Assembly (NCBI RefSeq): GCF_044324785.1
Contig: NZ_CP172127.1
Length of the DNA stretch: 64,000 bases
Reading direction: 5' to 3' (one strand)
Source: Escherichia coli
GTDB taxonomy: Bacteria > Pseudomonadota > Gammaproteobacteria > Enterobacterales > Enterobacteriaceae
The notes beneath the pieces were generated by a model. The model did not search any database, was not told where the DNA came from, and saw nothing but the letters and a program-made list of their open reading frames with translations. Positions within the stretch are counted from its first letter, which is position 1. Each line of letters begins with the position of its first letter. Shown piece by piece: positions 11,992 through 24,548 of this stretch. The translations under genes and the position numbers were made by a program.

Positions 11992-12899
11992 AACGCGCTC
12001 CGGGTGTGAGACAGATTTTCAAAGGTGAGATCGGCATGAACCAGCAGTGTGCCGCGACGATGCGCCCAGCAGCCTGTAGAAACAGCAACGCCGATGGTTG
12101 ACGGATGGCGGGCGGCAGATTCGATATGTACGCCCATCACTGAACTGTTGCCAGTCAGCCCTTGTGGACCAATCCCCAGACGGTTGAGTCCTTCTTCCAG
12201 GCGTACTTCCAGCTCTGCCGCTTTTGGATTTGGATGGCGGCTGCCAATCGGGCGCAAAATGGCTTTACGCGAGAGCACTGCGGCGGTTTCCACCGAGGTG
12301 GCGATGCCCACGCCTACCAGTACCGGTGGACAGGCGTTTACGGCGAGGGTGGAGATATTTTCGAAGACGAATTTCACCACGCCTTCGTATCCTTCCGACG
12401 GCATTAACACTTTCGAACGACCAGGTAGTGTGCAGCCGCCGCCTGCCATGTAAACTTCGATTTCCGCATCGTCACCGTCGGGGATGATATCCCAAGTGAC
12501 CCACGGTACGCCGCTGCCGGTATTTTTGCCGGTGTTCACTTCGTCAAAAATTTCTACCGCATTGTGACGCAGTGGCGCTTTGACGGTTGCCTCTTCCACG
12601 GCTTGCTTAAGAATGCTTTGCAGCTCGCCAAGCAGTGGGAAACGGGAACCGACCTTAACAAAAAACATGATTTCGCCGGTGTCCTGGCAGGCCGGGCGAT
12701 TCAGGTCGATTGCTTTTTGCATGTTGTCGAACATCGTGTGGTAGATGATTTTCCCCATCGACGACGTTTCGGCATCCTTTAGCTGTTTTAGTTTGTCCAC
12801 CACGTCATCGGGCATTCGGGTAGAAATCATGGCGGTAAAGTTAGCGACAATCTCCGTCAACTTATTCACTGCCTGTTGCTTATTACTTTCGCTCATCAT
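11988..12899 (-). CDS. ttdA: L(+)-tartrate dehydratase alpha subunit
   Basis: 303 aa, starts [11 protein letters not shown]...; Fe-S hydro-lyase alpha-type. Confidence 0.93.
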
Positions 12900-13105
12900 G
12901 GCAACTCCAGTTTATGTATTTGTCTGGAAAAATTCACCGCCACAAACTACCACTAAAAATGTGGTTTTATATTTTTTGCCGCCGTGAATATGTAATTCAC
13001 AGTTCGTGAATCAACGCGAAAATAAGAATGAATATTGCGCCAGAGCAGGGAATGGCAATGTTTTGCGAAATACACTGCGCTTATCACAACTGCGGATAAT
13101 TAACG

Positions 13106-14038
13106 ATGCTGAATAGCTGGCCTTTAGCCAAAGATTTGCAGGTACTGGTAGAAATCGTCCACAGCGGGAGTTTTAGCGCCGCAGCGGCGACGCTTGGGCA
13201 AACGCCTGCATTTGTCACCAAGCGGATCCAAATCCTTGAAAATACGCTGGCAACAACGCTGCTGAACCGCTCCGCTCGCGGCGTGGCGCTGACTGAAAGT
13301 GGCCAACGTTGTTACGAGCATGCGCTGGAAATCCTCACCCAATATCAGCGACTGGTCGATGACGTTACGCAAATCAAAACGCGCCCGGAGGGGATGATTC
13401 GTATTGGCTGTAGTTTTGGTTTTGGGCGCAGCCATATTGCGCCAGCTATTACCGAACTGATGCGCAATTATCCTGAGTTACAAGTGCATTTTGAATTGTT
13501 CGATCGGCAAATTGATTTAGTGCAGGATAATATTGATCTGGATATTCGTATTAATGACGAAATTCCTGATTATTATATTGCGCATCTTTTGACAAAAAAT
13601 AAACGAATATTATGTGCTGCACCTGAGTATCTGCAAAAATATCCGCAGCCACAATCCTTGCAGGAATTAAGTCGTCATGACTGTCTGGTGACCAAAGAGC
13701 GTGATATGACCCACGGAATATGGGAGTTGGGGAACGGTCAGGAGAAAAAATCGGTGAAGGTAAGCGGGCACCTTTCCTCCAATAGTGGTGAGATTGTGCT
13801 GCAATGGGCGCTGGAAGGAAAAGGAATTATGCTGCGTTCTGAGTGGGATGTTTTGCCGTTTCTGGAGAGTGGCAAACTGGTGCGAGTATTGCCGGAGTAT
13901 GCACAAAGCGCCAATATCTGGGCTGTTTACCGGGAGCCGCTCTATCGCAGCATGAAATTACGTGTCTGCGTGGAATTTCTGGCGGCATGGTGCCAGCAAC
14001 GGCTGGGCAAGCCCGACGAAGGCTATCAGGTTATGTAG
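13106..14038 (+). CDS. ttdR: LysR-family activator of the ttd operon
   Basis: 310 aa; LysR HTH N-terminus; divergent from ttdA. Confidence 0.92.
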   Translation: MLNSWPLAKDLQVLVEIVHSGSFSAAAATLGQTPAFVTKRIQILENTLATTLLNRSARGVALTESGQRCYEHALEILTQYQRLVDDVTQIKTRPEGMIRIGCSFGFGRSHIAPAITELMRNYPELQVHFELFDRQIDLVQDNIDLDIRINDEIPDYYIAHLLTKNKRILCAAPEYLQKYPQPQSLQELSRHDCLVTKERDMTHGIWELGNGQEKKSVKVSGHLSSNSGEIVLQWALEGKGIMLRSEWDVLPFLESGKLVRVLPEYAQSANIWAVYREPLYRSMKLRVCVEFLAAWCQQRLGKPDEGYQVM

Positions 14039-14050
14039 ACTCGCGAAAAA

Positions 14051-14668
14051 TCACTCAGGATCCTTTTCGCGCTTTCTTTTGAATTTCGTCCAGATTTTTG
14101 TCTCTTGACGACGCCACAGACGCTGGATGTTGTCATGATGGCGCAGCAGGATCAGGCATGAGAGCATCGAAACCGGGAAGGTGAATTGTGGTTTAAACCA
14201 CCAGACGTAAAACGGAGCAATCAGTGCACTTACAATCGCTCCCAGCGACGAGTATCCGCTCAATAGCACGGTCAGTAACCAGGTTCCCGCCATTACTCCG
14301 GTGAGATCCCAGCCAATTGGTGCGATGGCACCAAAAGCGGTAGCAACGCCTTTTCCTCCTTTAAAACCGAAGAAAACGGGCCAGATGTGTCCAAGGCAGG
14401 CGGCGATGGCAATTAAGCCTAGCCAGAAGGGGCTGACACCTAATTCATACGCGCCCCAGACGGGCAACATTCCTTTCAGAACGTCGAAAATCAGTACTGC
14501 TACGGCTGCTCCCTTGCCACCGATACGTAACACATTGGTTGCGCCTGGATTGCCGGAGCCGCTGGTTCGCGGATCGGGCAGCCCACACAAGCGGCAAACC
14601 AGAATGGCACTGGAAATGGAGCCGCAGAGGTACGCGATGAGGATCATTCCAGGCGCGATTGCACTCAT
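14051..14668 (-). CDS. plsY: Glycerol-3-phosphate acyltransferase PlsY
   Basis: 205 aa membrane protein of the PlsY family. Confidence 0.93.
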
Positions 14669-14772
14669 AAGCTGTTCCGTTTTGAAAATTCGTGTTCAAC
14701 GATGAATCTGTGGATAATACGCACATTTCGCCGGAAGTGGTATCCGGTTAGCCAAAAAGCAGGCAGGACGTG

Positions 14773-15141
14773 ATGGATATTGTATTTATAGAGCAACTTT
14801 CGGTAATCACCACTATTGGTGTTTACGACTGGGAACAGACCATCGAACAGAAGTTAGTGTTCGATATCGAAATGGCGTGGGATAACCGTAAAGCGGCGAA
14901 AAGTGATGATGTGGCGGATTGCCTCAGTTACGCTGACATTGCAGAAACGGTGGTCAGCCATGTTGAGGGAGCGCGTTTTGCGTTGGTGGAGCGCGTGGCG
15001 GAAGAGGTGGCAGAATTACTGCTAACACGCTTTAACTCACCGTGGGTACGTATCAAACTCAGTAAGCCAGGCGCGGTGGCACGTGCCACGAATGTCGGCG
15101 TCATTATTGAGCGTGGCAATAATCCTAAAGAAAATAATTAA
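14773..15141 (+). CDS. folB: Dihydroneopterin aldolase
   Basis: 122 aa from ATG 14773 (MDIVFIEQLSVITTIGVYDWEQ...); the track start at 14770 is an in-frame GTG one codon upstream. Confidence 0.93.
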   Translation: MDIVFIEQLSVITTIGVYDWEQTIEQKLVFDIEMAWDNRKAAKSDDVADCLSYADIAETVVSHVEGARFALVERVAEEVAELLLTRFNSPWVRIKLSKPGAVARATNVGVIIERGNNPKENN

Positions 15142-15231
15142 TTTTACAGTTATAAAACCAAACGGCTATAACCGAGTCTTATTGCAGTATTTTTGACGAG
15201 CAATACATTTTTATTATTTAGGGGTTTATTG

Positions 15232-16053
15232 ATGAGCGATATGCACTCGCTGCTGGTAGCGGCAATATTGGGTGTGGTCGAAGGATTGACAGAATTTCTG
15301 CCGGTATCCAGCACAGGCCACATGATTATTGTCGGTCATTTGTTGGGATTTGAGGGAGATACGGCGAAAACCTTTGAAGTGGTGATCCAGTTAGGATCGA
15401 TTCTGGCTGTGGTTGTCATGTTCTGGCGACGTCTGTTTGGGCTGATCGGTATTCACTTTGGTCGCCCGTTGCAGCACGAAGGAGAAAGCAAAGGCCGTTT
15501 AACGCTGATCCACATTCTGCTTGGCATGATCCCGGCGGTGGTGCTGGGGTTGTTATTCCATGATGCTATCAAGTCCTTGTTTAATCCGATAAATGTGATG
15601 TATGCGCTGGTCGTTGGCGGTTTGTTGCTGATTGCCGCCGAATGCCTGAAACCAAAAGAACCGCGTGCGCCGGGTCTCGATGATATGACCTATCGTCAGG
15701 CGTTTATGATTGGTTGCTTCCAGTGTCTGGCGCTGTGGCCGGGTTTCTCTCGCTCCGGGGCGACCATTTCAGGTGGGATGCTGATGGGCGTGAGCCGTTA
15801 CGCTGCTTCCGAGTTCTCGTTCCTGCTGGCGGTGCCGATGATGATGGGTGCAACGGCGCTCGATCTCTACAAAAGCTGGGGCTTCCTGACAACCGGCGAT
15901 ATCCCGATGTTTGCCGTTGGGTTTATCACCGCTTTTGTGGTGGCGCTGATAGCGATTAAAACCTTCCTGCAATTGATTAAGCGCATTTCGTTTATCCCTT
16001 TCGCCATTTATCGCTTTATTGTGGCGGCTGCGGTGTATGTCGTGTTCTTTTGA
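15232..16053 (+). CDS. uppP: Undecaprenyl-diphosphate phosphatase
   Basis: 273 aa from ATG 15232 ([30 protein letters not shown]...); track ORF begins at an upstream TTG. Confidence 0.93.
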   Translation: MSDMHSLLVAAILGVVEGLTEFLPVSSTGHMIIVGHLLGFEGDTAKTFEVVIQLGSILAVVVMFWRRLFGLIGIHFGRPLQHEGESKGRLTLIHILLGMIPAVVLGLLFHDAIKSLFNPINVMYALVVGGLLLIAAECLKPKEPRAPGLDDMTYRQAFMIGCFQCLALWPGFSRSGATISGGMLMGVSRYAASEFSFLLAVPMMMGATALDLYKSWGFLTTGDIPMFAVGFITAFVVALIAIKTFLQLIKRISFIPFAIYRFIVAAAVYVVFF

Positions 16054-16065
16054 TTGAGGAATAGT

Positions 16066-16105
16066 GTCGGATATGACGCTTGTGCGTCTTATCCGACCTG
16101 GCCGG
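16066..16105. repeat. REP-like palindromic element between uppP and cca
   Basis: gtcggatatgacgcttgtgcgtcttatccgacctggccgg. Confidence 0.45.
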
Positions 16106-16133
16106 TGTCTGCAATATATTGAAATTCAAGTGC

Positions 16134-17372
16134 TTAATCAGGCTTTGGGCAACGTTGTTCCTTCCAGTTGGCTACCGCCGCAATCCGCCGTCGGGTCAGC
16201 TCCTCGCGAATCTCCACACCTTTAAATCCCGCTTCAACGACCGCTTTTGTCGGCACTGACTGCGCCACTTCCCAGGCTTCGCGCAACCAGCGGCCTTGCG
16301 GGTAGTCCGCTGATTCAAAACCGGTTCTGCCGCGCACGTCAGCCTCGCTGGTCAGCGCCAGTTGCTCGACACGCTGCGGTTTACGCCAGGCGTCAATGGA
16401 ATCAAATAATTTGACGATGGTTTTTGGGTTCAGCATTGGGAAGGTGTGGATGAGATCGTGAAACTCAGCCACCAGTCGGGCTAAATCGCGAATTTCATTT
16501 GGCACGCGCAGACGCTGGCATAGTTGTTCCACTAACTTCACACCCGCCGGGCCATGACCATGATGACGCGGCCAAAGTTCTGGCGGCGTCAGTCCTTTAC
16601 CGAGATCGTGGCATAGCGTTGCGAAACGGACATCGACCTGCGGACTCAGCATCGCCGCCATTGAGAGCGTCATTAAGGTGTGAATACCGGTGTCGATTTC
16701 CGGATGCCACCTGGCAGGGGCCGGAACGCCAAACAGGGCGTCAATTTCCGGGAATAAAACGCGCAGTGCGCCGCAATCACGCAGTACCTGGAAGAACACC
16801 TGGGGATTGCGGGTAGTGAGGGCGCTTTCCGTCTCTTTCCACACCCGTTCAGGCGTCAGGTGTTCCAGTTCACCCGCGTGGATCATCTCGCGCATCAGCG
16901 CCAGAGTTTCATCGGCAATACGAAAACCGAGGTGGGCATAACGCGCAGCAAAACGCGCCACGCGCAGTACGCGTAACGGATCTTCGCCAAAAGCGGGGGA
17001 AACATGGCGCAACAGACGATTTTGCAGATCGCCCAGACCGTTGTACGGGTCGATAATCTCGCCGTTATCGTCCTGGGCCAGCGCATTAATGGTCAGATCG
17101 CGCCGCTTAAGATCATCTTCCAGCGTGACATCCGGTGCGGCATAGCAGGTAAAACCGGTGTAACCGGAACCGGATTTCCGTTCGGTTCGTGCCAGCGCAT
17201 ACTCTTCATGGGTTTGCGGATGCAGAAAAACAGGAAAATCGCGGCCTACCTGCTGGTAGCCCGCGTCGAGCATCTCCTGTGGCGTACTGCCGACTACTAC
17301 CCAATCTCTGTCTTTGACCGGTAGCCCTAACAATGCATCCCGAACAGCACCACCGACCAGATAAATCTTCAC
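16134..17372 (-). CDS. cca: tRNA nucleotidyltransferase (CCA-adding enzyme) with HD domain
   Basis: 412 aa; [28 protein letters not shown]... Confidence 0.96.
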   Translation of the reverse strand: MKIYLVGGAVRDALLGLPVKDRDWVVVGSTPQEMLDAGYQQVGRDFPVFLHPQTHEEYALARTERKSGSGYTGFTCYAAPDVTLEDDLKRRDLTINALAQDDNGEIIDPYNGLGDLQNRLLRHVSPAFGEDPLRVLRVARFAARYAHLGFRIADETLALMREMIHAGELEHLTPERVWKETESALTTRNPQVFFQVLRDCGALRVLFPEIDALFGVPAPARWHPEIDTGIHTLMTLSMAAMLSPQVDVRFATLCHDLGKGLTPPELWPRHHGHGPAGVKLVEQLCQRLRVPNEIRDLARLVAEFHDLIHTFPMLNPKTIVKLFDSIDAWRKPQRVEQLALTSEADVRGRTGFESADYPQGRWLREAWEVAQSVPTKAVVEAGFKGVEIREELTRRRIAAVANWKEQRCPKPD

Positions 17373-17435
17373 GCCATCATCCCTTCGTCAAATACACAAT
17401 TCCTAATAATAAGACAGTGCAACGAAGAAGGCGAT

Positions 17436-18056
17436 TTAGTTCATCCAGCGATCTTTACGTTTACGCGTTGGGATCAGGTGCGGCAGTACCAGGCCGAGCA
17501 GCAAGCCAAGCCCCAGCACGCCACCGCCATACATAAACCACTGCATGATGATGGTGCGCTGTTTGTCATCCAGCTGTACGCTGGCGGCATCGACCTTTTT
17601 CTGCGCGACAATCAGCTCGTTTTTCAGTTTCTGATTTTCTTCTTTTAACCCGTTGATCACGCTGTCGCTCTGCGCCACTTTTTGCTGCATTTCTGCGGTG
17701 CGCTGATTCCAGGTGTTATCGATATTGGTGAGCTTATCGGTCAGGGTTTTGACCTGATTTTCCAGATCTGGCACACGGGAGCGCAGGCTTGGCTCTGTGC
17801 TAAGTTGTTTCAACGGGATCCAGGCGGTACGGCCAGAGCTGTCTTTCACCTGGGCATAATTGGTGTTGGCGTCAGTTTGTAATAAGGTCACTTCCTCGCC
17901 GGCGTTAACCGTGCCCACGAGGCGATAATGGTCTCCCGGACCGCTACGGACCCAGGTGTTCAGTTCGTCAGAAACATAGCGCGTTTCTTCAGCGTGTGAG
18001 ACGGCAGTCGCGCTAAGTGCGAGTAAAGTTAATCCGATCAGGCGTAATTTTGGCAT
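17436..18056 (-). CDS. ygiM: SH3-domain protein YgiM (signal peptide, C-terminal TM anchor)
   Basis: 206 aa; N-terminal signal peptide, coiled-coil, C-terminal hydrophobic segment. Confidence 0.88.
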   Translation of the reverse strand: MPKLRLIGLTLLALSATAVSHAEETRYVSDELNTWVRSGPGDHYRLVGTVNAGEEVTLLQTDANTNYAQVKDSSGRTAWIPLKQLSTEPSLRSRVPDLENQVKTLTDKLTNIDNTWNQRTAEMQQKVAQSDSVINGLKEENQKLKNELIVAQKKVDAASVQLDDKQRTIIMQWFMYGGGVLGLGLLLGLVLPHLIPTRKRKDRWMN

Positions 18057-18297
18057 CAGGCTGTCGTTATTGTCATGGAAAGTGGAACGATAGTAGTGGC
18101 ATCAGTGTCGCTACGCAAAGCATTCGACATCAATCGGAATCCTCTGTGTCAGGTCTTGCCACTGCTTCAAACTTTTACGCCCGTCAAATTGCCCGTTGCA
18201 TGGCAATTTGGCGCAAAATACTATCTACTGACAAAAAAGATCGCATTAAGTTCGCCGTTCATCGTCACTTATGTGACATAACCGATAAGTAAAGGCT

Positions 18298-19599
18298 ATG
18301 GCTCAGGAAATCGAATTAAAGTTTATTGTTAATCACAGTGCCGTTGCGGCGCTGCGTGACCATCTCAATACGCTGGGCGGCGAGCACCATGACCCCGTGC
18401 AGTTGCTGAATATTTACTACGAAACGCCGGATAACTGGCTGCGTGGGCACGACATGGGCCTGCGTATTCGTGGCGAAAACGGTCGCTATGAGATGACCAT
18501 GAAAGTTGCAGGAAGAGTGACAGGCGGCTTACACCAGCGCCCGGAATATAACGTGGCGTTGAGCGAACCGACGCTCGACCTGGCGCAGTTACCGACGGAA
18601 GTCTGGCCGAATGGCGAATTGCCTGCCGATCTCGCTTCCCGCGTACAACCGCTGTTCAGCACCGATTTTTATCGCGAAAAGTGGCTGGTAGAGGTCGATG
18701 GTAGCCAAATTGAAATCGCCCTCGACCAGGGGGAAGTGAAAGCGGGGGAATTTGCTGAGCCTATCTGCGAGCTGGAACTGGAACTGCTTAGCGGCGACAC
18801 GCGCGCGGTGCTGAAACTGGCGAACCAACTGGTATCGCAAACCGGATTACGCCAGGGCAGCCTGAGCAAAGCGGCGCGTGGCTATCATCTGGCGCAGGGC
18901 AATCCCGCGCGTGAAATCAAACCGACCACCATTTTGCATGTTGCGGCAAAAGCTGATGTGGAACAGGGGCTGGAAGCGGCGCTCGAGCTGGCGTTAGCGC
19001 AATGGCAGTATCATGAAGAACTGTGGGTACGTGGCAACGATACGGCGAAAGAGCAGGTGCTGGCAGCCATTGGCCTTGTTCGCCATACGCTGATGCTGTT
19101 CGGTGGCATTGTGCCGCGTAAAGCGAGCACTCACTTACGTGATTTACTGACTCAATGCGAAGCGACCATCGCTTCTGCGGTGTCTGCCGTAACGGCGGTC
19201 TACTCTACCGAAACGGCAATGGCGAAGCTGGCGTTGACCGAATGGCTGGTAAGCAAAGCCTGGCAGCCGTTTTTAGATGCCAAAGCGCAGAGTAAAATGA
19301 GCGATTCCTTCAAACGCTTTGCCGATATCCATCTTTCCCGCCATGCCGCTGAACTGAAAAGCGTTTTCTGCCAGCCGTTGGGCGATCGCTACCGTGACCA
19401 GTTGCCACGCCTGACGCGTGATATTGACTCAATCCTGTTGCTGGCGGGTTACTACGATCCTGTCGTCGCGCAAGCCTGGCTGGAGAACTGGCAGGGGCTG
19501 CGTCACGCTATTGCGACCGGACAACGCATTGAAATTGAACATTTCCGTAATGAGGCAAACAATCAGGAACCGTTCTGGTTGCACAGCGGAAAACGTTAA
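18298..19599 (+). CDS. ygiF: Inorganic triphosphatase (CYTH plus CHAD domains)
   Basis: 433 aa; [11 protein letters not shown]... CYTH signature. Confidence 0.92.
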   Translation: MAQEIELKFIVNHSAVAALRDHLNTLGGEHHDPVQLLNIYYETPDNWLRGHDMGLRIRGENGRYEMTMKVAGRVTGGLHQRPEYNVALSEPTLDLAQLPTEVWPNGELPADLASRVQPLFSTDFYREKWLVEVDGSQIEIALDQGEVKAGEFAEPICELELELLSGDTRAVLKLANQLVSQTGLRQGSLSKAARGYHLAQGNPAREIKPTTILHVAAKADVEQGLEAALELALAQWQYHEELWVRGNDTAKEQVLAAIGLVRHTLMLFGGIVPRKASTHLRDLLTQCEATIASAVSAVTAVYSTETAMAKLALTEWLVSKAWQPFLDAKAQSKMSDSFKRFADIHLSRHAAELKSVFCQPLGDRYRDQLPRLTRDIDSILLLAGYYDPVVAQAWLENWQGLRHAIATGQRIEIEHFRNEANNQEPFWLHSGKR

Positions 19600-19621
19600 T
19601 CAGGCAAGGATAAAATCGCTT

Positions 19622-22462
19622 ATGAAGCCGCTCTCTTCACCATTACAGCAGTACTGGCAGACCGTTGTTGAGCGGCTGCCAGAGCCTTTAGCCGAGGAAT
19701 CACTTAGCATACAGGCGAAGTCAGTACTTACTTTCAGTGATTTTGTGCAGGACAGCGTGATTGCGCATCCAGAGTGGCTGACGGAACTGGAAAGCCAACC
19801 GCCGCAGGCCGACGAATGGCAGCATTACGCTGCCTGGTTGCAGGAGGCGCTCAGTAATGTGAGTGACGAAGCCGGGTTAATGCGCGAGCTGCGGCTATTC
19901 CGGCGGCGCATTATGGTGCGCATCGCCTGGGCGCAAACGCTGGCACTGGTTACTGAAGAGAGCATTTTGCAGCAGCTCAGTCATCTGGCGGAGACGCTGA
20001 TTGTTGCGGCGCGTGACTGGCTGTATGACGCCTGCTGCCGCGAGTGGGGAACGCCGTGCAATGCGCAGGGCGAAGCGCAACCGCTGCTGATTTTAGGCAT
20101 GGGTAAGCTGGGTGGCGGGGAATTGAATTTCTCCTCAGATATCGATCTGATTTTTGCCTGGCCGGAACATGGTTGTACCCAGGGCGGACGCCGGGAACTG
20201 GATAACGCCCAGTTTTTTACCCGCATGGGGCAGCGGCTGATTAAAGTGCTGGATCAACCAACGCAGGATGGCTTCGTCTATCGCGTGGATATGCGACTGC
20301 GTCCGTTTGGCGAAAGTGGCCCGCTGGTGCTGAGCTTTGCGGCGCTGGAAGATTATTACCAGGAGCAGGGGCGCGACTGGGAGCGTTACGCGATGGTCAA
20401 GGCGCGGATTATGGGCGATAGCGAAGGCGTCTATGCTAACGAGTTGCGTGCGATGCTGCGCCCGTTTGTTTTCCGTCGTTACATCGATTTCAGCGTGATT
20501 CAGTCGCTGCGCAACATGAAAGGAATGATTGCCCGTGAAGTGCGTCGACGCGGTTTGACCGACAACATCAAACTTGGCGCAGGCGGCATTCGCGAAATTG
20601 AATTTATCGTCCAGGTGTTCCAGCTCATTCGCGGCGGGCGTGAACCGTCGCTGCAATCGCGCTCTTTACTGCCAACGCTCAGCGCCATTTCCGCGCTGCA
20701 TCTGCTTTCTGAAAACGATGCTGAACTATTGCGAGTGGCGTATCTGTTCCTGCGGCGTCTGGAAAACCTGCTGCAAAGCATTAACGACGAACAAACCCAG
20801 ACGCTTCCTTCTGATGAGCTTAACCGTGCGCGGCTGGCGTGGGCGATGGACTTTGCTGACTGGCCGCAACTGACCGGGGCGCTGACCGTACATATGACCA
20901 ATGTGCGTCGGGTGTTTAATGAATTGATTGGCGACGATGAAAGTGAAACTCAGGAAGAGTCGCTGTCGGAACAGTGGCGTGAGCTGTGGCAGGATGCGTT
21001 GCAGGAAGATGACACCACGCCAGTGCTTGCGCATCTTAGCGAGGATGATCGCAAACAGGTGCTAACGCTGATTGCTGATTTTCGCAAAGAGCTGGATAAG
21101 CGTACCATCGGGCCGCGCGGGCGTCAGGTGCTCGACCATCTGATGCCGCATCTGCTAAGTGATGTCTGTGCGCGTGAAGACGCTGCTGTCACGCTGTCGC
21201 GCATTACCGCCTTGCTGGTGGGAATTGTTACCCGCACTACCTATTTAGAATTGCTCAGTGAATTCCCCGCGGCGCTTAAGCATTTGATTTCTCTGTGTGC
21301 CGCATCGCCGATGATTGCCAGCCAGCTAGCGCGTTATCCATTATTGCTGGACGAACTGCTCGATCCAAACACTCTCTACCAACCGACGGCGACGGATGCC
21401 TACCGTGATGAACTGCGCCAGTATTTGCTGCGCGTGCCGGAAGATGACGAAGAACAACAGCTTGAGGCGCTGCGTCAGTTCAAACAGGCGCAACTGTTAC
21501 GTATTGCGGCAGCGGATATCGCCGGTACGCTACCGGTAATGAAAGTGAGCGATCACTTAACCTGGCTGGCGGAGGCTATGATAGATGCCGTCGTTCAGCA
21601 GGCGTGGGTTCAAATGGTTGCCCGCTACGGTAAGCCAAATCACCTGAACGAACGCGAAGGGCGTGGTTTTGCGGTGGTCGGCTACGGCAAGCTGGGCGGC
21701 TGGGAGTTAGGCTACAGTTCCGATCTTGACCTGATCTTCCTCCATGATTGCCCGATGGATGCGATGACTGACGGCGAGCGGGAAATCGACGGGCGACAGT
21801 TTTATCTGCGTCTGGCGCAACGCATTATGCATCTGTTCAGTACGCGAACCTCTTCCGGCATTTTGTATGAAGTGGATGCACGGTTGCGTCCGTCCGGGGC
21901 GGCGGGAATGCTGGTGACATCCGCAGAAGCGTTTGCCGATTATCAGAAAAACGAGGCCTGGACGTGGGAACATCAGGCGCTGGTGCGTGCGCGTGTAGTG
22001 TACGGCGATCCGCAGCTCACCGCGCACTTTGACGCAGTACGCCGGGAGATTATGACGCTGCCGCGCGAAGGCAAAACCCTGCAAACAGAAGTGCGGGAAA
22101 TGCGCGAGAAAATGCGTGCCCATCTCGGCAATAAACATCGCGATCGCTTTGATATCAAAGCCGATGAAGGCGGAATTACCGATATCGAATTTATTACTCA
22201 ATATCTGGTGTTGCGCTACGCTCATGAAAAACCGAAGTTAACGCGCTGGTCAGACAACGTGCGCATTCTGGAACTACTGGCGCAAAACGACATTATGGAA
22301 GAGCAGGAAGCGATGGCGCTGACCCGTGCTTACACGACGCTGCGCGATGAACTTCATCATCTGGCATTACAGGAATTGCCGGGCCATGTGTCGGAGGATT
22401 GCTTCACCGCAGAGCGTGAACTGGTGCGGGCAAGCTGGCAGAAGTGGCTGGTGGAAGAATGA
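19622..22462 (+). CDS. glnE: Glutamine synthetase adenylyltransferase/deadenylylase
   Basis: 946 aa from ATG 19622 ([19 protein letters not shown]...); the track's 1014-aa version is an in-frame upstream extension overlapping ygiF. Confidence 0.95.
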   Translation: MKPLSSPLQQYWQTVVERLPEPLAEESLSIQAKSVLTFSDFVQDSVIAHPEWLTELESQPPQADEWQHYAAWLQEALSNVSDEAGLMRELRLFRRRIMVRIAWAQTLALVTEESILQQLSHLAETLIVAARDWLYDACCREWGTPCNAQGEAQPLLILGMGKLGGGELNFSSDIDLIFAWPEHGCTQGGRRELDNAQFFTRMGQRLIKVLDQPTQDGFVYRVDMRLRPFGESGPLVLSFAALEDYYQEQGRDWERYAMVKARIMGDSEGVYANELRAMLRPFVFRRYIDFSVIQSLRNMKGMIAREVRRRGLTDNIKLGAGGIREIEFIVQVFQLIRGGREPSLQSRSLLPTLSAISALHLLSENDAELLRVAYLFLRRLENLLQSINDEQTQTLPSDELNRARLAWAMDFADWPQLTGALTVHMTNVRRVFNELIGDDESETQEESLSEQWRELWQDALQEDDTTPVLAHLSEDDRKQVLTLIADFRKELDKRTIGPRGRQVLDHLMPHLLSDVCAREDAAVTLSRITALLVGIVTRTTYLELLSEFPAALKHLISLCAASPMIASQLARYPLLLDELLDPNTLYQPTATDAYRDELRQYLLRVPEDDEEQQLEALRQFKQAQLLRIAAADIAGTLPVMKVSDHLTWLAEAMIDAVVQQAWVQMVARYGKPNHLNEREGRGFAVVGYGKLGGWELGYSSDLDLIFLHDCPMDAMTDGEREIDGRQFYLRLAQRIMHLFSTRTSSGILYEVDARLRPSGAAGMLVTSAEAFADYQKNEAWTWEHQALVRARVVYGDPQLTAHFDAVRREIMTLPREGKTLQTEVREMREKMRAHLGNKHRDRFDIKADEGGITDIEFITQYLVLRYAHEKPKLTRWSDNVRILELLAQNDIMEEQEAMALTRAYTTLRDELHHLALQELPGHVSEDCFTAERELVRASWQKWLVEE

Positions 22463-22509
22463 AGTATGGTATTATCGCGCGCAAATTTTGAATCTCTCAG
22501 GAGACAGGA

Positions 22510-23943
22510 ATGAAAGTAACGCTGCCAGAGTTTGAACGTGCAGGAGTGATGGTGGTTGGTGATGTGATGCTGGATCGTTACTGGTACGGTCCCACCAGCC
22601 GTATCTCGCCGGAAGCGCCGGTGCCCGTGGTTAAAGTAAATACCATCGAAGAACGTCCGGGCGGCGCGGCTAACGTGGCGATGAATATCGCTTCTCTCGG
22701 TGCTAATGCACGCCTGGTCGGGTTGACGGGCATTGACGATGCGGCGCGCGCGCTGAGTAAATCTCTGGCCGACGTCAACGTCAAATGCGACTTCGTTTCT
22801 GTACCGACGCATCCGACCATCACCAAATTACGGGTACTTTCCCGCAACCAACAGCTGATCCGTCTGGATTTTGAAGAAGGTTTCGAAGGGGTTGATCCGC
22901 AGCCGCTGCACGAGCGGATTAATCAGGCGCTGAGTTCGATTGGCGCGCTGGTGCTCTCTGACTACGCGAAAGGTGCGCTGGCAAGCGTGCAGCAGATGAT
23001 CCAACTGGCGCGTAAAGCGGGCGTTCCGGTGCTGATTGATCCAAAAGGTACCGATTTTGAGCGCTACCGCGGCGCTACGCTGTTAACGCCGAATCTCTCG
23101 GAATTTGAAGCTGTTGTCGGTAAATGTAAGACCGAAGAAGAGATTGTTGAACGCGGCATGAAACTGATTGCCGATTACGAACTCTCGGCTCTGTTGGTGA
23201 CCCGTTCCGAACAGGGTATGTCGCTGCTGCAACCGGGTAAAGCGCCGCTGCATATGCCAACCCAGGCGCAGGAAGTGTATGACGTTACCGGTGCGGGCGA
23301 CACGGTGATTGGCGTCCTGGCGGCAACGCTGGCTGCGGGTAATTCACTGGAAGAAGCCTGCTTCTTTGCCAATGCGGCGGCAGGCGTGGTGGTCGGCAAA
23401 CTGGGGACATCCACGGTATCGCCGATCGAGCTGGAAAATGCAGTACGTGGACGTGCAGATACCGGCTTTGGTGTGATGACCGAAGAGGAACTGAAGCTTG
23501 CTGTAGCGGCGGCGCGTAAACGTGGTGAAAAAGTGGTAATGACCAACGGTGTCTTCGATATCCTACATGCCGGGCACGTCTCTTATCTGGCAAATGCCCG
23601 CAAGCTGGGTGACCGCTTGATTGTTGCCGTCAACAGCGATGCCTCCACCAAACGGCTGAAAGGGGATTCCCGCCCCGTTAACCCGCTCGAACAGCGTATG
23701 ATTGTGCTGGGCGCACTGGAAGCGGTCGACTGGGTAGTGTCGTTTGAAGAAGACACGCCGCAGCGCTTGATCGCCGGGATCCTGCCAGACCTGCTGGTGA
23801 AAGGTGGCGACTATAAACCAGAAGAGATTGCCGGGAGTAAAGAAGTCTGGGCCAACGGCGGCGAAGTGTTGGTGCTCAACTTTGAAGACGGTTGCTCGAC
23901 GACCAACATCATCAAGAAGATCCAACAGGATAAAAAAGGCTAA
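22510..23943 (+). CDS. hldE: Bifunctional heptose 7-phosphate kinase / heptose 1-phosphate adenylyltransferase
   Basis: 477 aa; ribokinase-like N-domain and cytidylyltransferase-like C-domain. Confidence 0.96.
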
Positions 23944-24021
23944 CCGGAAAGCGGTTCACAGATCTCGCTTCGAACCTGGCAGGCCTATTGACGCTGTTGT
24001 TTTTTCAACCTAGAGTAAAGG

Positions 24022-24170
24022 AACAAGGGTAAGGGAGGATTTCTCCCCCCTCTGAATTGGTTGTTAATAAGCCTGGAAACTTACTAGTAACAACACAATC
24101 AGTATGATGACGAGCTTCATCATAACCCTTTCCTTCTATAAGGCCCCTTCCTCGGGAGGGGCTTTCCCGT
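24022..24170 (+). ncRNA. sibE: Sib-type antisense sRNA (antitoxin), copy 1; ends approximate
   Basis: Sigma70-like promoter TTGACG-17-TAGAGT at 23988-24016; transcript would be fully complementary to the minus-strand ibs ORF; hairpin gccccttcctcgggaggggc plus T-rich tail near 24145-24170. The D/E label is positional inference from K-12 order. Confidence 0.6.
24064..24123 (-). CDS. ibsE: Ibs-family 19-aa hydrophobic toxin peptide MMKLVIILIVLLLVSFQAY
   Basis: Reverse complement is ATGATGAAGCTCGTCATCATACTGATTGTGTTGTTACTAGTAAGTTTCCAGGCTTATTAA; classic Ibs peptide; the overlapping plus-strand track ORF is an artefact. The D/E label is positional inference. Confidence 0.75.
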   Translation of the reverse strand: MMKLVIILIVLLLVSFQAY

Positions 24171-24397
24171 TTCAGCTCCTTGCTGACTCCCCGATTGTTG
24201 ATGAGCGCCAGACCCCGCGCAACGCTTTCCCAGAGGCAGTTTTCCTTTCCCCGAGCGGTCACGCAAAACGTTGCAACAGCCTGATCATTTGCACCTTTTA
24301 GCGGAACGCAGATATAAAAAATCCCCGGTTTTTTGGGCCAGGGATATGTGTTAATGAAACCTTCTTGACGCTGTTTTTTTTTCAACCTAAAGTAAAG

Positions 24398-24548
24398 GAA
24401 CAAGGGTGAGGGAGGATTTCTCCCCCCTCTGATTGGCTGTTAGTAAGCGTGGAAACTTATCAGTAACAACACAATCAGTATGATGATGAGCTTCATCATA
24501 ACCCTTTCCTTATACAAGGCCCCTTCTTCGGGAGGGGCTTTCCCGTTT
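24398..24548 (+). ncRNA. sibD: Sib-type antisense sRNA (antitoxin), copy 2; ends approximate
   Basis: Promoter TTGACG-17-TAAAGT at 24366-24394; complementary to the second ibs ORF; hairpin ggccccttcttcgggaggggc downstream. Confidence 0.6.
24440..24499 (-). CDS. ibsD: Ibs-family 19-aa hydrophobic toxin peptide MMKLIIILIVLLLISFHAY
   Basis: Reverse complement is ATGATGAAGCTCATCATCATACTGATTGTGTTGTTACTGATAAGTTTCCACGCTTACTAA. Confidence 0.75.
   Translation of the reverse strand: MMKLIIILIVLLLISFHAY

Noticed and set aside
11398-12009. 203-aa plus-strand ORF antisense to ttdB/ttdA
   Set aside because: Overlaps two confidently identified tartrate dehydratase genes on the other strand.
19418-19621. 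N-terminal 68-codon extension of glnE in the ORF track, overlapping the ygiF 3' end
   Set aside because: The extension begins at a non-ATG start and overlaps ygiF; the ATG at 19622 gives the expected 946-aa GlnE.
20135-21034. Several 100-170-aa minus-strand ORFs inside glnE
   Set aside because: Antisense to glnE; Arg-rich, low-complexity translations.
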